A stretch of 54,647 bases of DNA, taken from Chromera velia. Its lineage: Eukaryota. The first letter of the stretch is position 1. Each line of letters starts with the position of its first letter. This document shows, in pieces, positions 21,823 to 38,269 of the stretch. Below the pieces are notes generated by a model that did no database searches, was not told the DNA's origin, and saw only the letters and a program-made list of their open reading frames with translations. The stretch lies in NCBI GenBank assembly GCA_018398765.1, contig JAHBMJ010000211.1:1-54647 (forward strand), read 5' to 3'. The position numbers and the translations under genes were made by a program.

Positions 21823-24792
21823 ATGTCTTCTTCACTTGTTTGTCACATCGACAAGAAGGCCGACGAATGCTTCGAGGGAATTCAGACCGCCATTCCGCTG
21901 GTGCGCACACTGAAGACGCTCTTTATCCCGACTTTGGTGAGGAAGACCGTGCGAGCCGTGAAGACGGGCTGCGTGAAAGTGCTCTCTGATGCGGAGACTT
22001 GGGTGAAGGCAAAGGTCTGTTTCTCATCCAATTGGCCCGCGGGCTTGAAAATTTCCCGTACAACTTACCCCTGTCAATTCAGACTTGGAAAACATTCGCC
22101 TTTCGTGCTTTAACTGACTGCAGGCTCTGTCAGAGGAGCAACAGGAGAGATTCCTTGCCAAGGGTAGGTCAGACACTTTTTGCCGTTATGTGTTGTTTGA
22201 GCTCGCCTCCCCCCACCGTCGCTTTCTTTGCTTCTCCGCACTTTCCCCGCCTAGCAAGACTTAGTGGAACTTTGAAGCTCAATTGCTCATCGCTGTCAGG
22301 TTTATGAGGCTTGTTCTTTATTTGAGGAAGAAACAGGGGGCGAAGAGCACTTGCAACCGATTTTGGTCCAGTCCTTTCGCGTGCAGTACGTCCTTCCCTC
22401 CGTTGCCGTCTATTGCTCTCTTCCTTGAGCTCCTCCGCCCGATTGCGCCCGATTGACGCCCCTTCACCCTCATTGAGCCACTGCGTCTGTATGTTGGACC
22501 CAGTTTTTTTCTTCTGAAACGTTGTGCACTTCTCTCTGAAGAGAGTCGGGTTGCACGTGCTTACCCTTACCCCCGCCTTCTCTCCCTCCCTCCCCTTCTT
22601 TTGTCTGCAGCCATCTCCCTGTGGGTTGACAACACGAACGAAGACCCCCACGTCGCCTTCGAGCGCCTTCAGAAAGACCTCGAGAAGGCCTACAAGGAGA
22701 GCTTCGTGCAGCCAGTACACGAGTCAGTCAGTCAGTCAGTCAGTCAGTCAGCTAGTCGCCAGCGACACCCTTTCCTGCTCTCAGCCTGGTTTCAATGGTC
22801 GCTTAGTCCGCTCCCAAACAAACCGAAAAAACTGCATGACTTCCAAGGTCAGGGCAAGGCTGCTCCTTTAGTGTTATACATTACCTACGTGGCTCCATGA
22901 TTCCTCGATCAGCTTTCGACTGCCGCTCCTGCCCCTAGCTTGCGTCCTCTCCTCTCCTCTCCTCTCCTCTCCTCTCCTCTCCTCTCGTGATCCACTGTCC
23001 TAGCTCCTGCATGATGTCCTCTGGTTCCCCTCCTTTTCGGTCTGTGCTTACGTTTGTATCTGTACATATCGAGAGGTCAAATCATGACTCTTCCTTCTGC
23101 TCTCCCTCCCTCCCTCCCGCCCTCCCGGTATCTCTTCCCTTCCTTCCTGCCTGCAGGATCAGAGCGACATACCAAGAGTACGCTGGCAGAGGCCCGATCA
23201 CCCGAGGCTGGAAGGTGACGCAGCAAGCAGGTGTTCAGGTCGTCTCTGTGGGAAAACTCGCATGTGGGGGAATGAAGGTGAGTACGTTTCTGTCTTCTTG
23301 TTGTTCTTCTCCTATTTATGCATGAGTCTGCTTGATTGTGTAGTGGTGAAGGCGAGAGGGCCTGGCTGAAAGGTTTCCTGGTGCTTTCCTTTTCTCTTTG
23401 TGCCGTCTGCGTCTTTCTGACTGGCTGACTGACTGACTGACTGACTGACTGGATGGATGGATGGATGGACGGACGGATGGATGGATGGATGGATGCATGG
23501 ATGAATGGATGCATGGATGGACGGATGAACAGATCTCAATGACAGCCCACTGATTGTCTTTATTTTTTGCGTTGTGTTCGCGACCTCTGTCATTACATGA
23601 CGGTATCCACCCTTCTCTCCACCTCTCAGCTTTATCGCCTATTCTTCCTTCTCTCTTCTTCCTGCAGGTTGTCATGAGCAACGGTGCGGTTGGAGTGTTC
23701 TCTGTCACAAAAGGGACCATCTCTCTCGCGGGCACAGGGATCAAGGTCACCGTATCCACCGCCCTCACGACCTCAAAGCAGGTTGCTACCACTGCCCTCT
23801 GCACCACCAAGCAAGTGATTGCCCACATCCCCAGAAACAAGCAGCAGCTCATGCTGCGTGCGAGCGAGGGCAGAGACCTAGCAGAGAAGTACGGAAACCT
23901 CGCAGCCGACAAATTCCTCGACACCGCAAAGTTCGTTGCCTCCAACTCCCCGAATTTTATCAAGACTACCCAGACAATCCAATACATCATCACCACACCC
24001 ACCGCAGAAATCAAGGTCACCGTGATGACCTTCGTGAAGGACGGCATCACATACTACGCAGGCATGATCAAGGACCCCAGAGGTACCCTGAATGCCTTCC
24101 TGACGACCTTCAAGACCCTGTACCGCCAGACTGCCACCCGAGCCCGGCAGGCCCTCCCAACCAGATCGGACCTCCGAGCCCTCCCCTCAACGGTCCGATC
24201 GACAGTCGCAGCCACACCCGCGTTCCTCAGACAGAAGGTCACGACCACGTACGAAGTTGCCCTCCATCACTCTACGAAGGTCGAGGCCTTTGTCAGGTCC
24301 TCGATGGCGATTGTTCCGTTCCTGAAGGACTACTCTGACATCGAACTCTCCCAGGTGAGAGAGTTCCTCATCCGACAGGCAGCACAGAGCCTCAATGCAA
24401 TCAAGAACCCTGTCGCGACCACCACAGCTGTTGTCTCTTTCGCCAAGAGGGCAGGGGGGCAGGTGCTGTCGACCACGTCCTCCGCAGCCATCAACACAGC
24501 AGCAGCAGTAGCAGGCAAGGCAGTGGCAGTGGGTGAGGTGGTGGTCTCGAAGACCATTGGCAAGGAGCCTGCGAGAAGGACTGCGAAGAGAGCAATTCTC
24601 AAAGCGCAGAAGCTCTCCCAGAAGGTCGTCATGTACACCCCTGCCTACGTGAAGTCGGCAGCGGAGTCTGCAGTGAACAGGGTCAAGGGTGTGATCAAGT
24701 CCGTGGCGGGGGAGGGCACCCCTGAGTCTGTCTTGGACTTCGGAGCGCGGATCCTCATGGTCTCCTGGATCATGGAGGCCAAGACAGACTGA
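21823..24792 (+). CDS. 5-exon Ala/Thr/Val/Lys-rich helical protein, about 529 aa; join(21823..22014,22124..22163,22611..22722,23157..23277,23668..24792)
   Basis: All four GT-AG introns have compatible phases (0,1,2,0) and give one open frame. No catalytic motif seen; composition resembles amphipathic lipid-binding proteins. Confidence 0.8.
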
Positions 24793-25097
24793 GGGAGATG
24801 TTTGACAGGATCGATGTTCAATGCAAAAAGGGGGCGGCTTGCTGCTCTATAGCTGTTGCTGTGTTGCGGGAGTTTTAAATTTTAGCCTTACATCAAAATT
24901 TTGACAATTCTCCGTTTATGCTGATCGAGCATCACGTCATTTGAGTCCTTGACCGGCGGCACTTATCATGCAATCAAGATGCATCTCAACAATTAATAAT
25001 TAAGCATCAATGATGTGATCAATGAAATAAGAATCAGCCATGTCTTGTGATTGCAGCGACACTGGAGAACCATAAAAGTTCACTGCCACTCACTGGC

Positions 25098-25246
25098 AAC
25101 CTCAAGTCTTATATATTTGAAATATAAAATATTTGAGCTTGAAGCCTAGCTTGAAGAGAAGTTGAAGTAGCTTAAAGCTTAAATCAAAATTATCATTGCA
25201 AATTAATTCAATTTTTCAAATATAATCAAATCAAACATAGTCACTA
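25098..25246 (-). mobile_element. Solo terminus of the same hAT family as 1-1595
   Basis: CAAATCAAACATAGTCACTA (25227-25246) versus CAAATCAAACATGGTCACTA (1576-1595), plus ATATTTGAGCTT subterminal motifs. Confidence 0.65.
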
Positions 25247-26680
25247 GTTCTCACACTAGTTCCGCAACTTCTGCTAGATAAATTATAACTTGTTATAACT
25301 TGTACGTACATATCATAATATGACGGGGATTAGGTACTCCGTTGGCTTTTAAGTACTTGCGGAGTCGATTGGCATCCCCCGAAGCTGGTGCTTGGTAGTC
25401 AAAGCCGGCTAAAGCCGGCCATCCACTCGGCCATTCACCGAATTCTAGACCAAATTTCCCGAACGTTGATCACTCTTACTGATAAAGCCCTACTGAAAGG
25501 CAAATCGGCGTAAAGAGGCACTAAACCAGACCAACGCAGGACCAGACTGACAAAACAGTTGAAAACACAAAGGCACCAATGCGTAGCGGCACCGCGCACC
25601 ACACAGTACGAGCAAGGAAGTGAGAGAATTAAATGCATAGAAAGCGATACACATCTGATTGAATTAAGCCGTATAAAAAGCATGGAGAGAAATGAAACCA
25701 CAGTTGATTGAAGTAGATCATTGATAGAAAGGCGTGAACATACTTGGACTCTAATGGAACAGACTTCCCCACGTAAGAAAAACCTATAAGCCCTAAAGTC
25801 TCGTCATGTACCACCAAGCTTCCAGCAACACATACTCTCTCTAGCCTTTCTCCACTCTCAGACACTAGGGAGTGACAGAGGAGCTACTAGCTGTATCCTA
25901 GCGACAACACAGCTTCTACTAGCCTTCTAGCAACAGCTAGCAACAGCTTTGTACACTAAGTTTTTTGTATAGAAAAAAATATTTCTAAATTGCTCCGAAT
26001 TGGGAATTTGGGATTCCAAATTCCCAATTGAGCATTCCAATTCTTCCAATTACTTCCAAATGCGATTGCGATAGGGTACCTTCCATTCTTAAAACAATTT
26101 GTATATTGTGGAGTCCTACCCTGTGGTGCCGCCCTCTGGACCTTCGCATGCGCTGTATCTGAATGAGCCCATGTGCCAACGCCATGCTCCGCCGCCGCGT
26201 GCATATATACGCAATCGACTTGCATACATGTACGTGTCACGCACGTCGATCAAAATTGTCGAAATCGAGTCTGCATATGACCTTCGCATTCAAGCAACAC
26301 GTCACTTAAGCAACGGATAGTATCGTTTAAGTCAGATGTCTGTTCGTCACAGATCAAGAGAGCCCCTAAGAGTCTGAGAGAGAGAAATGAGTAGAAACTA
26401 TGCATGATAGAATGAACGCAGCTGATTGGAATCCCATGCAGATCGCTCTAGATCGAGCTAAACCTTCTGTAAACTGTTGCCTGACTGAGTGTTGCTCACG
26501 TTCTTTATCTAGATTTTCCCTAAGGTTCTTGTCCTCGCTTTACCTTCTGTCTGGACGCCATAAGGTGGCTGGACAGGAGGGACAAAGGAATATTTCATTA
26601 GATAAAACCAACGTACAAAAATTGATTGAAAGATGAAGTAACTATAAATGACACTTATAAAAAACACAAAGTGTTTCCAT

Positions 26681-31501
<4,821 letters not shown>

Positions 31502-31710
31502 GTTAGTGCGTCTCTATGCTTGTGCGGGCTTCGTGCATGTCTCTGCACGCATGAACTTTCTTTCTTGTCTGTAAGATATACACATGTGTCACTCCCGGGA
31601 CACGACTGCGTCTCTGCTTCTTTGAGATCAATGTCGAAAAGTCTAACAGGAACGAGACAGACAGCATTATTAAGGAATCGAAGCGAGGACAACGACCCGT
31701 GTTTCAATCG

Positions 31711-31905
31711 TATATATATATATATATATATATGCATTGATCGACATGAAGGCATGCATGAGCATCAATTTCGGTTTAATGCGCATTAAAATTTGCGCGC
31801 GTGCCTCGCATGAAAAAAAAAATCCGCGATCGCGATGCATGGCGCGCGCTCGCGCGCGCGGAAAATTCGGAGAGATGCGACAAGCATGCACTCTGAATCA
31901 TGCAG
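31711..31905. promoter_or_regulatory. Probable bidirectional promoter between mgtE (-) and the Pro-rich gene (+)
   Basis: (TA)n tract followed by GCATGCA, TTTGCGCGC and GCGCGCGCGGAAAA between two divergent start codons about 700 bp apart. Confidence 0.5.
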
Positions 31906-32205
31906 ACTGATCAACTGAATCACTTAAATTTTTGTCGGAGGAAGAGAAGACATGTTGTGCACTTCCTGTCTGAGTCGTGAGTAAAGAAACACTGTAAGGT
32001 GCTAATTAGAGGAAATTGAAAGCCTCCATACCCTCTGGTTGTGCTGGTCAGGCTACCCGCTTGGCGGATGTACATATGTGTCTCTGCAAAAAAGGTCAGA
32101 CACTTTTTCGCATCGTCTCGTGTTTGTCACAGCTTTTTGTTTTGCTCCGCTAGAGCCGAGCAATTCGTCATTGCAAGTACAGATGACGTAAAGAAGATTG
32201 GATAG

Positions 32206-33957
32206 ATGTTGACGATCGAGGAAATTGCAAAGCGATGGGAGAGGGAGGGCAGAGGCCGGAGAGAATCACAGGACCTCCCCCCAGAACTCCGGGATGTCCC
32301 TGAGAGCATGGCCTGCAACACCAGCAGTCAGCCTCCCCAGCCCCCCGTGGTCACCGTCGAAGACCTCAAAAGAAACGCTGGAGGTGCCGCACATTTGCGG
32401 AGAATGGGTTCTGCGCCCTCAACGTACCAGGAGGCCCTCTCGGCCCCTGCCTCTCCGCGCAGTAGGGTCCCAACCTCTGCCCTTCCCCCTTGCGGGAGGA
32501 AGGGGAATGAGATCTCTGCTCACATGTGCGGGGCAAGAGCCAAAGAAACAGAGCCACACGAACCTGGGCGGCCGCCTTCAAGCTCACGCCCCCCTCCTGT
32601 GAGGAGATGGAACAGCACGGGCATGGGGGGGTGGCAAGACAAGAAGAGGGAGGCCACACCGGCAAACGGGACTGATGCACCAAATGCCTCCGTGAACGCA
32701 GCAAGGGCCAGATTCTGGAGGCAAGTTTCCGAGTTATCCGAGGGTCTGGTTGCCCCTTCACAACCCGTCTCTGTTCCTGCCTCCCCAAGGAACTCGGATG
32801 GTCAGGAGATGAAACCCGTACAAGAACAACAACAAACAAAAGGGAAAGGAGAAAGGGAGATCGATTCAGTTCATCTGCCTCCAAGAACGTCTGATTCGGG
32901 TCCTGTCGTGAGGACACGACCTTCTGTGCGGCGGTGGAACAGTGACCAGGTCTGTTCCTCTTCGGCCGACAACTCTTATCAAGCGACCCCTCCGAAACTA
33001 CCCGCAGCTACACCTGCAGCCCCCCAAGGGGAGAACGTCCGAAGCCTTCGCGAACGTTTCTGGAGACAGGTTTCCGAATTGTCAGAAGGGCGCGTGGCGC
33101 ACCCAGCTGCTGTCAGTAGCGATGCACCTGTCGGAGTTCTTCCAAATGCAGCGGGTGTTGTTCCTTTCTCCCCCATTTCTGGATCATCTGCTGAGGCTCC
33201 CACAACTGACCAGATGATGAGACGATGGAACAGCATGGGTGAATCACCCCATCGAGAACTTCCTCCTGAACTCCAATCTGTGCCAGAGAGCATGAACATC
33301 AACCGAAATCCTACTCCCCCCCCCGCTCCAGTCATCACAGTCGAGGGTCTCTCAAAGGCATGGACCCAAAACCAGCAGAACACCGGTGGTGCAAAGAAAC
33401 CCGTCGTCTCCCTCTCTCGCCCCTCTTCGAACCCTCGTCGGAGGGTCTACAGACAAACGTCAGCACCTCTCCAAGCAGGCACAGATCCAAAAGAACAACC
33501 AAACCCTCTCCCCTCACAGTCCGGACAAATCACCAAAGAACCCAACGAAGAAGACGTGCCCAAACCGTCCAATATTCAAGCGCCAGAAGAGTCCGGAAGC
33601 CCTGCTGGTCAGACTCATCAGACCTCAGCAGCCTTGCAGAACTTCCCCGGGCCGGGCGCCCCTCCCCACCCGAGGCCGCCGAACCAGTGTGGGGCTGCAG
33701 CCCCGCGACGTCCCTCCCCCCATCATCTCACACGCCGCCCGTCCTCTCACGAACGCCCGCCACCCCCTCCCACAAGCTCTCTCCAGTCTCGCCGCCCTCC
33801 CTCAAGGCCGATATCCCGCCAGGGCACATCAGAGGATCCAGGCCAAGCGAATCAAACGACCATGCTTGGAGGGTCTCAGACGCAGCAGACTGAATGGAAG
33901 CTTCCGCCACTTCCTTCAAGATGCTCCAGTCCTGCACACAGCCGACGATGCTCGTAA
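32206..33957 (+). CDS. Single-exon Pro/Ser/Arg-rich disordered protein with internal repeated motifs, 583 aa
   Basis: Long ORF with RRWNS x3, RFWRQVSELSEG x2 and LPPELxxVPESM..PV(V/I)TVE x2 conserved at protein level. Confidence 0.8.
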   Translation: MLTIEEIAKRWEREGRGRRESQDLPPELRDVPESMACNTSSQPPQPPVVTVEDLKRNAGGAAHLRRMGSAPSTYQEALSAPASPRSRVPTSALPPCGRKGNEISAHMCGARAKETEPHEPGRPPSSSRPPPVRRWNSTGMGGWQDKKREATPANGTDAPNASVNAARARFWRQVSELSEGLVAPSQPVSVPASPRNSDGQEMKPVQEQQQTKGKGEREIDSVHLPPRTSDSGPVVRTRPSVRRWNSDQVCSSSADNSYQATPPKLPAATPAAPQGENVRSLRERFWRQVSELSEGRVAHPAAVSSDAPVGVLPNAAGVVPFSPISGSSAEAPTTDQMMRRWNSMGESPHRELPPELQSVPESMNINRNPTPPPAPVITVEGLSKAWTQNQQNTGGAKKPVVSLSRPSSNPRRRVYRQTSAPLQAGTDPKEQPNPLPSQSGQITKEPNEEDVPKPSNIQAPEESGSPAGQTHQTSAALQNFPGPGAPPHPRPPNQCGAAAPRRPSPHHLTRRPSSHERPPPPPTSSLQSRRPPSRPISRQGTSEDPGQANQTTMLGGSQTQQTEWKLPPLPSRCSSPAHSRRCS

Positions 33958-34776
33958 AGACTCCCAAGGGAGAGCTAGTTTCTTCGAGAATTTCATCTTC
34001 TGCATGTGGAGCCTGTATTTAATTCAACCCTCCATTGAAGTAAGTGGTCAATTCAACGCCCACATATCATGATTGATGATGCCCACATGAGCTTTGAATC
34101 TTTCTAATCTATCATATCTTGTAATATCTTGTATTGTATTAAAATTTATATACAAAGAATTTCTTTGTTTTTTATTTAGTTTTTCGCTTCTTAGTTTCTA
34201 TATTTTTGTATTGTTATCATTTCTATATACGTAAAAAAGAAAATGAATCTGATATATATAGCTAGTCTGTGCTAGAGTCTATATCCACTTTTAGATCAAC
34301 TTTTTATAATTAAAAGCTTTGGAGACATTAACCCAACTACATAACCATTAAAACGAACAAAAAAACTGGTTTTGTAAAAGGAGCGCTCTTCTCAGTACGT
34401 ATATGTACGTACTGAACTATGTATGTACTAAAAGTGTCGTCCAACAATTTTACCTCTGCGGGATATCGTAATTAACGACGTAACATACATTATAATCATA
34501 GCAAAATTCCCATCAATACAAATACCCTGGATACCGGCCCTATTTCCAGGAAAAACACTCTCAAAGTTTGGTTACAGAAGGCAGAGGAAGTCTTCTTTTG
34601 GGTGGTTTGACTCTAGATCCGAATCTAGGTCATTCCGCAACATGAATTGCGGGTCTTTTTACATATGTTGGTATTTTTAGATAAGTTGCCGGTGCTCATG
34701 CGTCAATGGTCAAGAAGTAGTGAGTCTTAAAATTTTCTAAAATTTTTAGAATAAAAAGATATGTTTTCATATCAAA

Positions 34777-34994
34777 AACACTCCGTGGGTCACCAACTCC
34801 CGGAGAGTTCAGGGCCGAAGACCTAAAATCAGAGTGTGTCTTGCGGAGTGTGTCATTCCGGAGAGTTCACGAAGGCTGAAAAGACCTAAAAACAGAGAGT
34901 GATCACCATCGATCATCGGTATGTTACGGCCCAATGACTTAAATACAGAGTGTGTCAGAGACATATACCGTGAGTTGTTGACCCATGAAATACT
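34777..34994. mobile_element. Degenerate MITE-like element
   Basis: Imperfect 27-bp inverted ends (CACTCCGTGGGTCACCAACTCCCGG / CCGTGAGTTGTTGACCCATGAAATA); internal direct repeats CCGGAGAGTTCA..AAGACCTAAAA.CAGAG. Confidence 0.5.
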
Positions 34995-36352
34995 CTCTTT
35001 CGCGAAGCGGAGGGCCGGAGGTGAGAATATCTTAACACAGCTCTTAGTATTATCTTACTCTTCTATAGTCTAGTCTAACTCTCAGCGCATTACATTGAGT
35101 TACGTTTTTGGGAACTTTGAACTTAGGCGAATCACCAAAATTGACAAAACAAAAATTTGTGTATGCTAGGCAATCTAAATTATGAAGAGTCACCCAATAT
35201 AAATTCATATGCACAGGTGCTTTCCAGGGCTGCACACAGTAGAATTCCGTGAGCATGTCAACCCCTCCATCTATACATACATTCCTCTCTCAGTCATTGC
35301 CAAGCTTCCACACACCTGCTTTGACCATGAAGCTCGAACGTTTACGGATCTTTGCATGAAACAGCTCAGCAAGAGAGACCCTGCCTGTGCGTAATGCAGG
35401 GTGGGCGGTGCAGATTCTGTCGAGCGGATACAACAGGTAAGGAAAGCAAGCAACAGTATACGTCTGGCACACCCTTTCTATACTTTGTGTGAATGCATTG
35501 CTACATAACAACATGTCATCTTTTGGAGAGTGAACATCTTGAAAATTAGATACTTGATTGAAGATCCCCTATATTTTGCGAAGATTACCCAACAGGTTTA
35601 AGGCAAAAATACGGCTGTTTTGGTTCCTCTGGTAGCGAAAACATGTGTAGAAAGAAACAAAGGGGGGGAAGAATGCAATGCAGATTTCATTTTTTTGTCT
35701 TTTTTTCTGCATGTGTAACCCCCTTCATTGCAGAGCTCTCTTTTCTCTCACTGACTGCCTAGTGACTGCAAGCAGGTCTGCCATTAGAGTGCTTATACTA
35801 AGACCACCATAATAAAAAAGAATAGAAACAAAGTCCACAGCCAAGATGCCCTTCAAAAATGGGGCTCATTTGTTTTGCTAATGCAACTGCCATACATTTG
35901 ACTCTTCATTAGTTGGATTAGCTTTTTTTTTTGTTAGATTACCTAGCCTAACCTAGCCTACTCCGTTCGTCTGTTACTATACTACGCAGTCCGAAATTCT
36001 TCGGCGCGCGATGCGCGCCCACTATCGTGTCAGCTCGGCCTGCGTCGCGGATTCAAATGCCGCGCGCGGTTTTGCATGCTCGGCATTCCAAGCACTGCGT
36101 CCTGCGTCCTGGCCGCGTCTCCCCCCGTCTCCTCAAACTTCTGGAATGATTCTTTCCTCTATATATCTGACTCGCATCACGCTGGCTGAGCAGTTCTCCG
36201 TTCTTTACGTGCACAGCCCCCCCTCTACCCGAAGCGTTGGAGTTGAGATTTCAACAGAAGCCAGCTTCGTGACCCGACCAGCGATTCACGTCTGTTGCTG
36301 AATATATATCGACTTTGCCCGTCTCGCTTACTGCAAGTCCTTCCCGATCATC

Positions 36353-37422
36353 ATGACGTCTACCAAAGAGGTGAGAGTGGGCATCATTGGCTGGGGCTTA
36401 TCTGCAACTGTCTTTCACGCACCACTGATCACATCAGAGCCCAGCACAAAGCTGACACACGTAGTGATGCGACGGGGAGACGCGTCAGACGTGACCGATC
36501 ATTACCCCGAAGTGCATGTGGTGCGGTCGATTGACGAGATGCTTGCAGCTCCCGTTGATCTTGTGGTCATCACTACACTTCTGGAAGTCATTTTGATCAC
36601 GCAATGGCAGCGATCAACGCAGGGAAGCATGTGGTTGTGGAGAAACCATTCACCGTCTCCGCCAAAGAGGCTGTTGCACTTGCTGAAGCTGCTAGATCAA
36701 GGAACGTCGTCTTGAGCGTCTTCCACAACAGGAGGTGGGACGGGAACTTTCTGACAGTGTCACAGCTGGTCAAGGAGGGGAAGCTGGGGGATGTCGTCAC
36801 GTTCCAGAGCGCCTACGACAGATACAGACCAACTCCCAAAACAGGTTGGCGTGAACACGCCGCCCCAGGTTCCGGTGTTCTGTACGACTTGGGTTCTCAT
36901 CTGATTGACCAGGCCCTCACGCTGTTTGGGGGCCTGCCTTCCGCTGTGCATGCGGATGTGCGCACCCAGAGGGCATGTAGCGGAGCGAAGGTCGATGACT
37001 CCTTCACGATTCGTCTGTACTATGATGACCGGCCCGAGCTGAACGTCCTGCTCACAGCGTCGTGCGTCGCGCGCACCCCGTCGCCTCGATTCGCAGTGCA
37101 TGGCATGGGCGGCTCCTTCGTGAAGCACGGTATCGATCCGCAGGAGGCCCGGCTGAAGACTGGAGACCTCCCTTCATCTTCTCCCTCCGACTGGGGCACG
37201 GAGGAGCATGTTCACTGGGGCACTCTGGAGACGGAGGAGAGAAAGGGAAAGGCCCCTCTGGAGACGCTGCCAGGTGCCTGGCAGAGTTTCTATGCAGGGG
37301 TGGCAGCTGCGGTACGGGGAGAGGGAGAACCACCGGTAATAGCTGAGCAGGCAGTCGACTGCATACGTGTGATCGAAGCTGCATTGCAGAGCAGTACCAC
37401 CAGAACTGTTGTCGCATTGTGA
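36353..37422 (+). CDS. Gfo/Idh/MocA-family NAD(P) oxidoreductase (YdgJ/IolW-like), intronless, with a 1-bp frameshift at about 36578
   Basis: VRVGIIGWG Rossmann start, GKHVVVEKPF, VFHNRRWD, GSGVLYDLGSHLIDQ and DPQE motifs. Adding one C at 36578 restores VVITTPSGSHFDHAMAA. Confidence 0.88.
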
Positions 37423-37809
37423 GAGTTTTCTTCTTCCCTCTCCGTTGACCCGATTTCCGTTGCAGAGCGGGGTGTTGACTGCCGTAGAAAGATGGAGGAG
37501 AGGCGAGTAATGGAAAAAAGAATGTGGCCGTCTCTGATGACGGGGTCGGATGAGAGAATCAATACACTGACCATGTGAATGCTTTCAGATAGATGAATCG
37601 GTGTTTTTTCTTCTCTGAAAACGAACGGAGAGAGGCCTGCAGCCCTCATGAATGAATCAGCAGGGCGAATGCCATTACGTTGAGATATGAATGGCTGTCA
37701 GGACGAAAATGACCCGGCAGCTTCACAGACCCTCCATGCACCTCATGCACTGTGTCTGCATGCTTTAATGATCATCCCTGAAATTCAACCCTTCCCCCCC
37801 CCCTCCCTC

Positions 37810-37843
<34 letters not shown>

Positions 37844-37854
37844 TATGTGTATGT

Positions 37855-38053
<199 letters not shown>

Positions 38054-38111
38054 AATGTGTGTGCGTGCCTGCGTGCGTGCTTGCGTGTGTATGTCTGCAT
38101 GTGTATATGTT

Positions 38112-38147
<36 letters not shown>

Positions 38148-38187
38148 CGTGTTTCCATTTGTGTTTGTGTCTATGTATGTGTATACA

Positions 38188-38269
<82 letters not shown>

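Noticed and set aside
35200..35520. Possible piggyBac C-terminal Cys-rich remnant (EFREHV, RCRFC)
   Set aside because: The motifs are short and in different frames, and no TTAA-bounded TIR was identified.
36570..36610. Programmed ribosomal frameshift or micro-intron in the oxidoreductase
   Set aside because: A -1 shift is needed but there is no X XXY YYZ site, and an intron would delete conserved residues.
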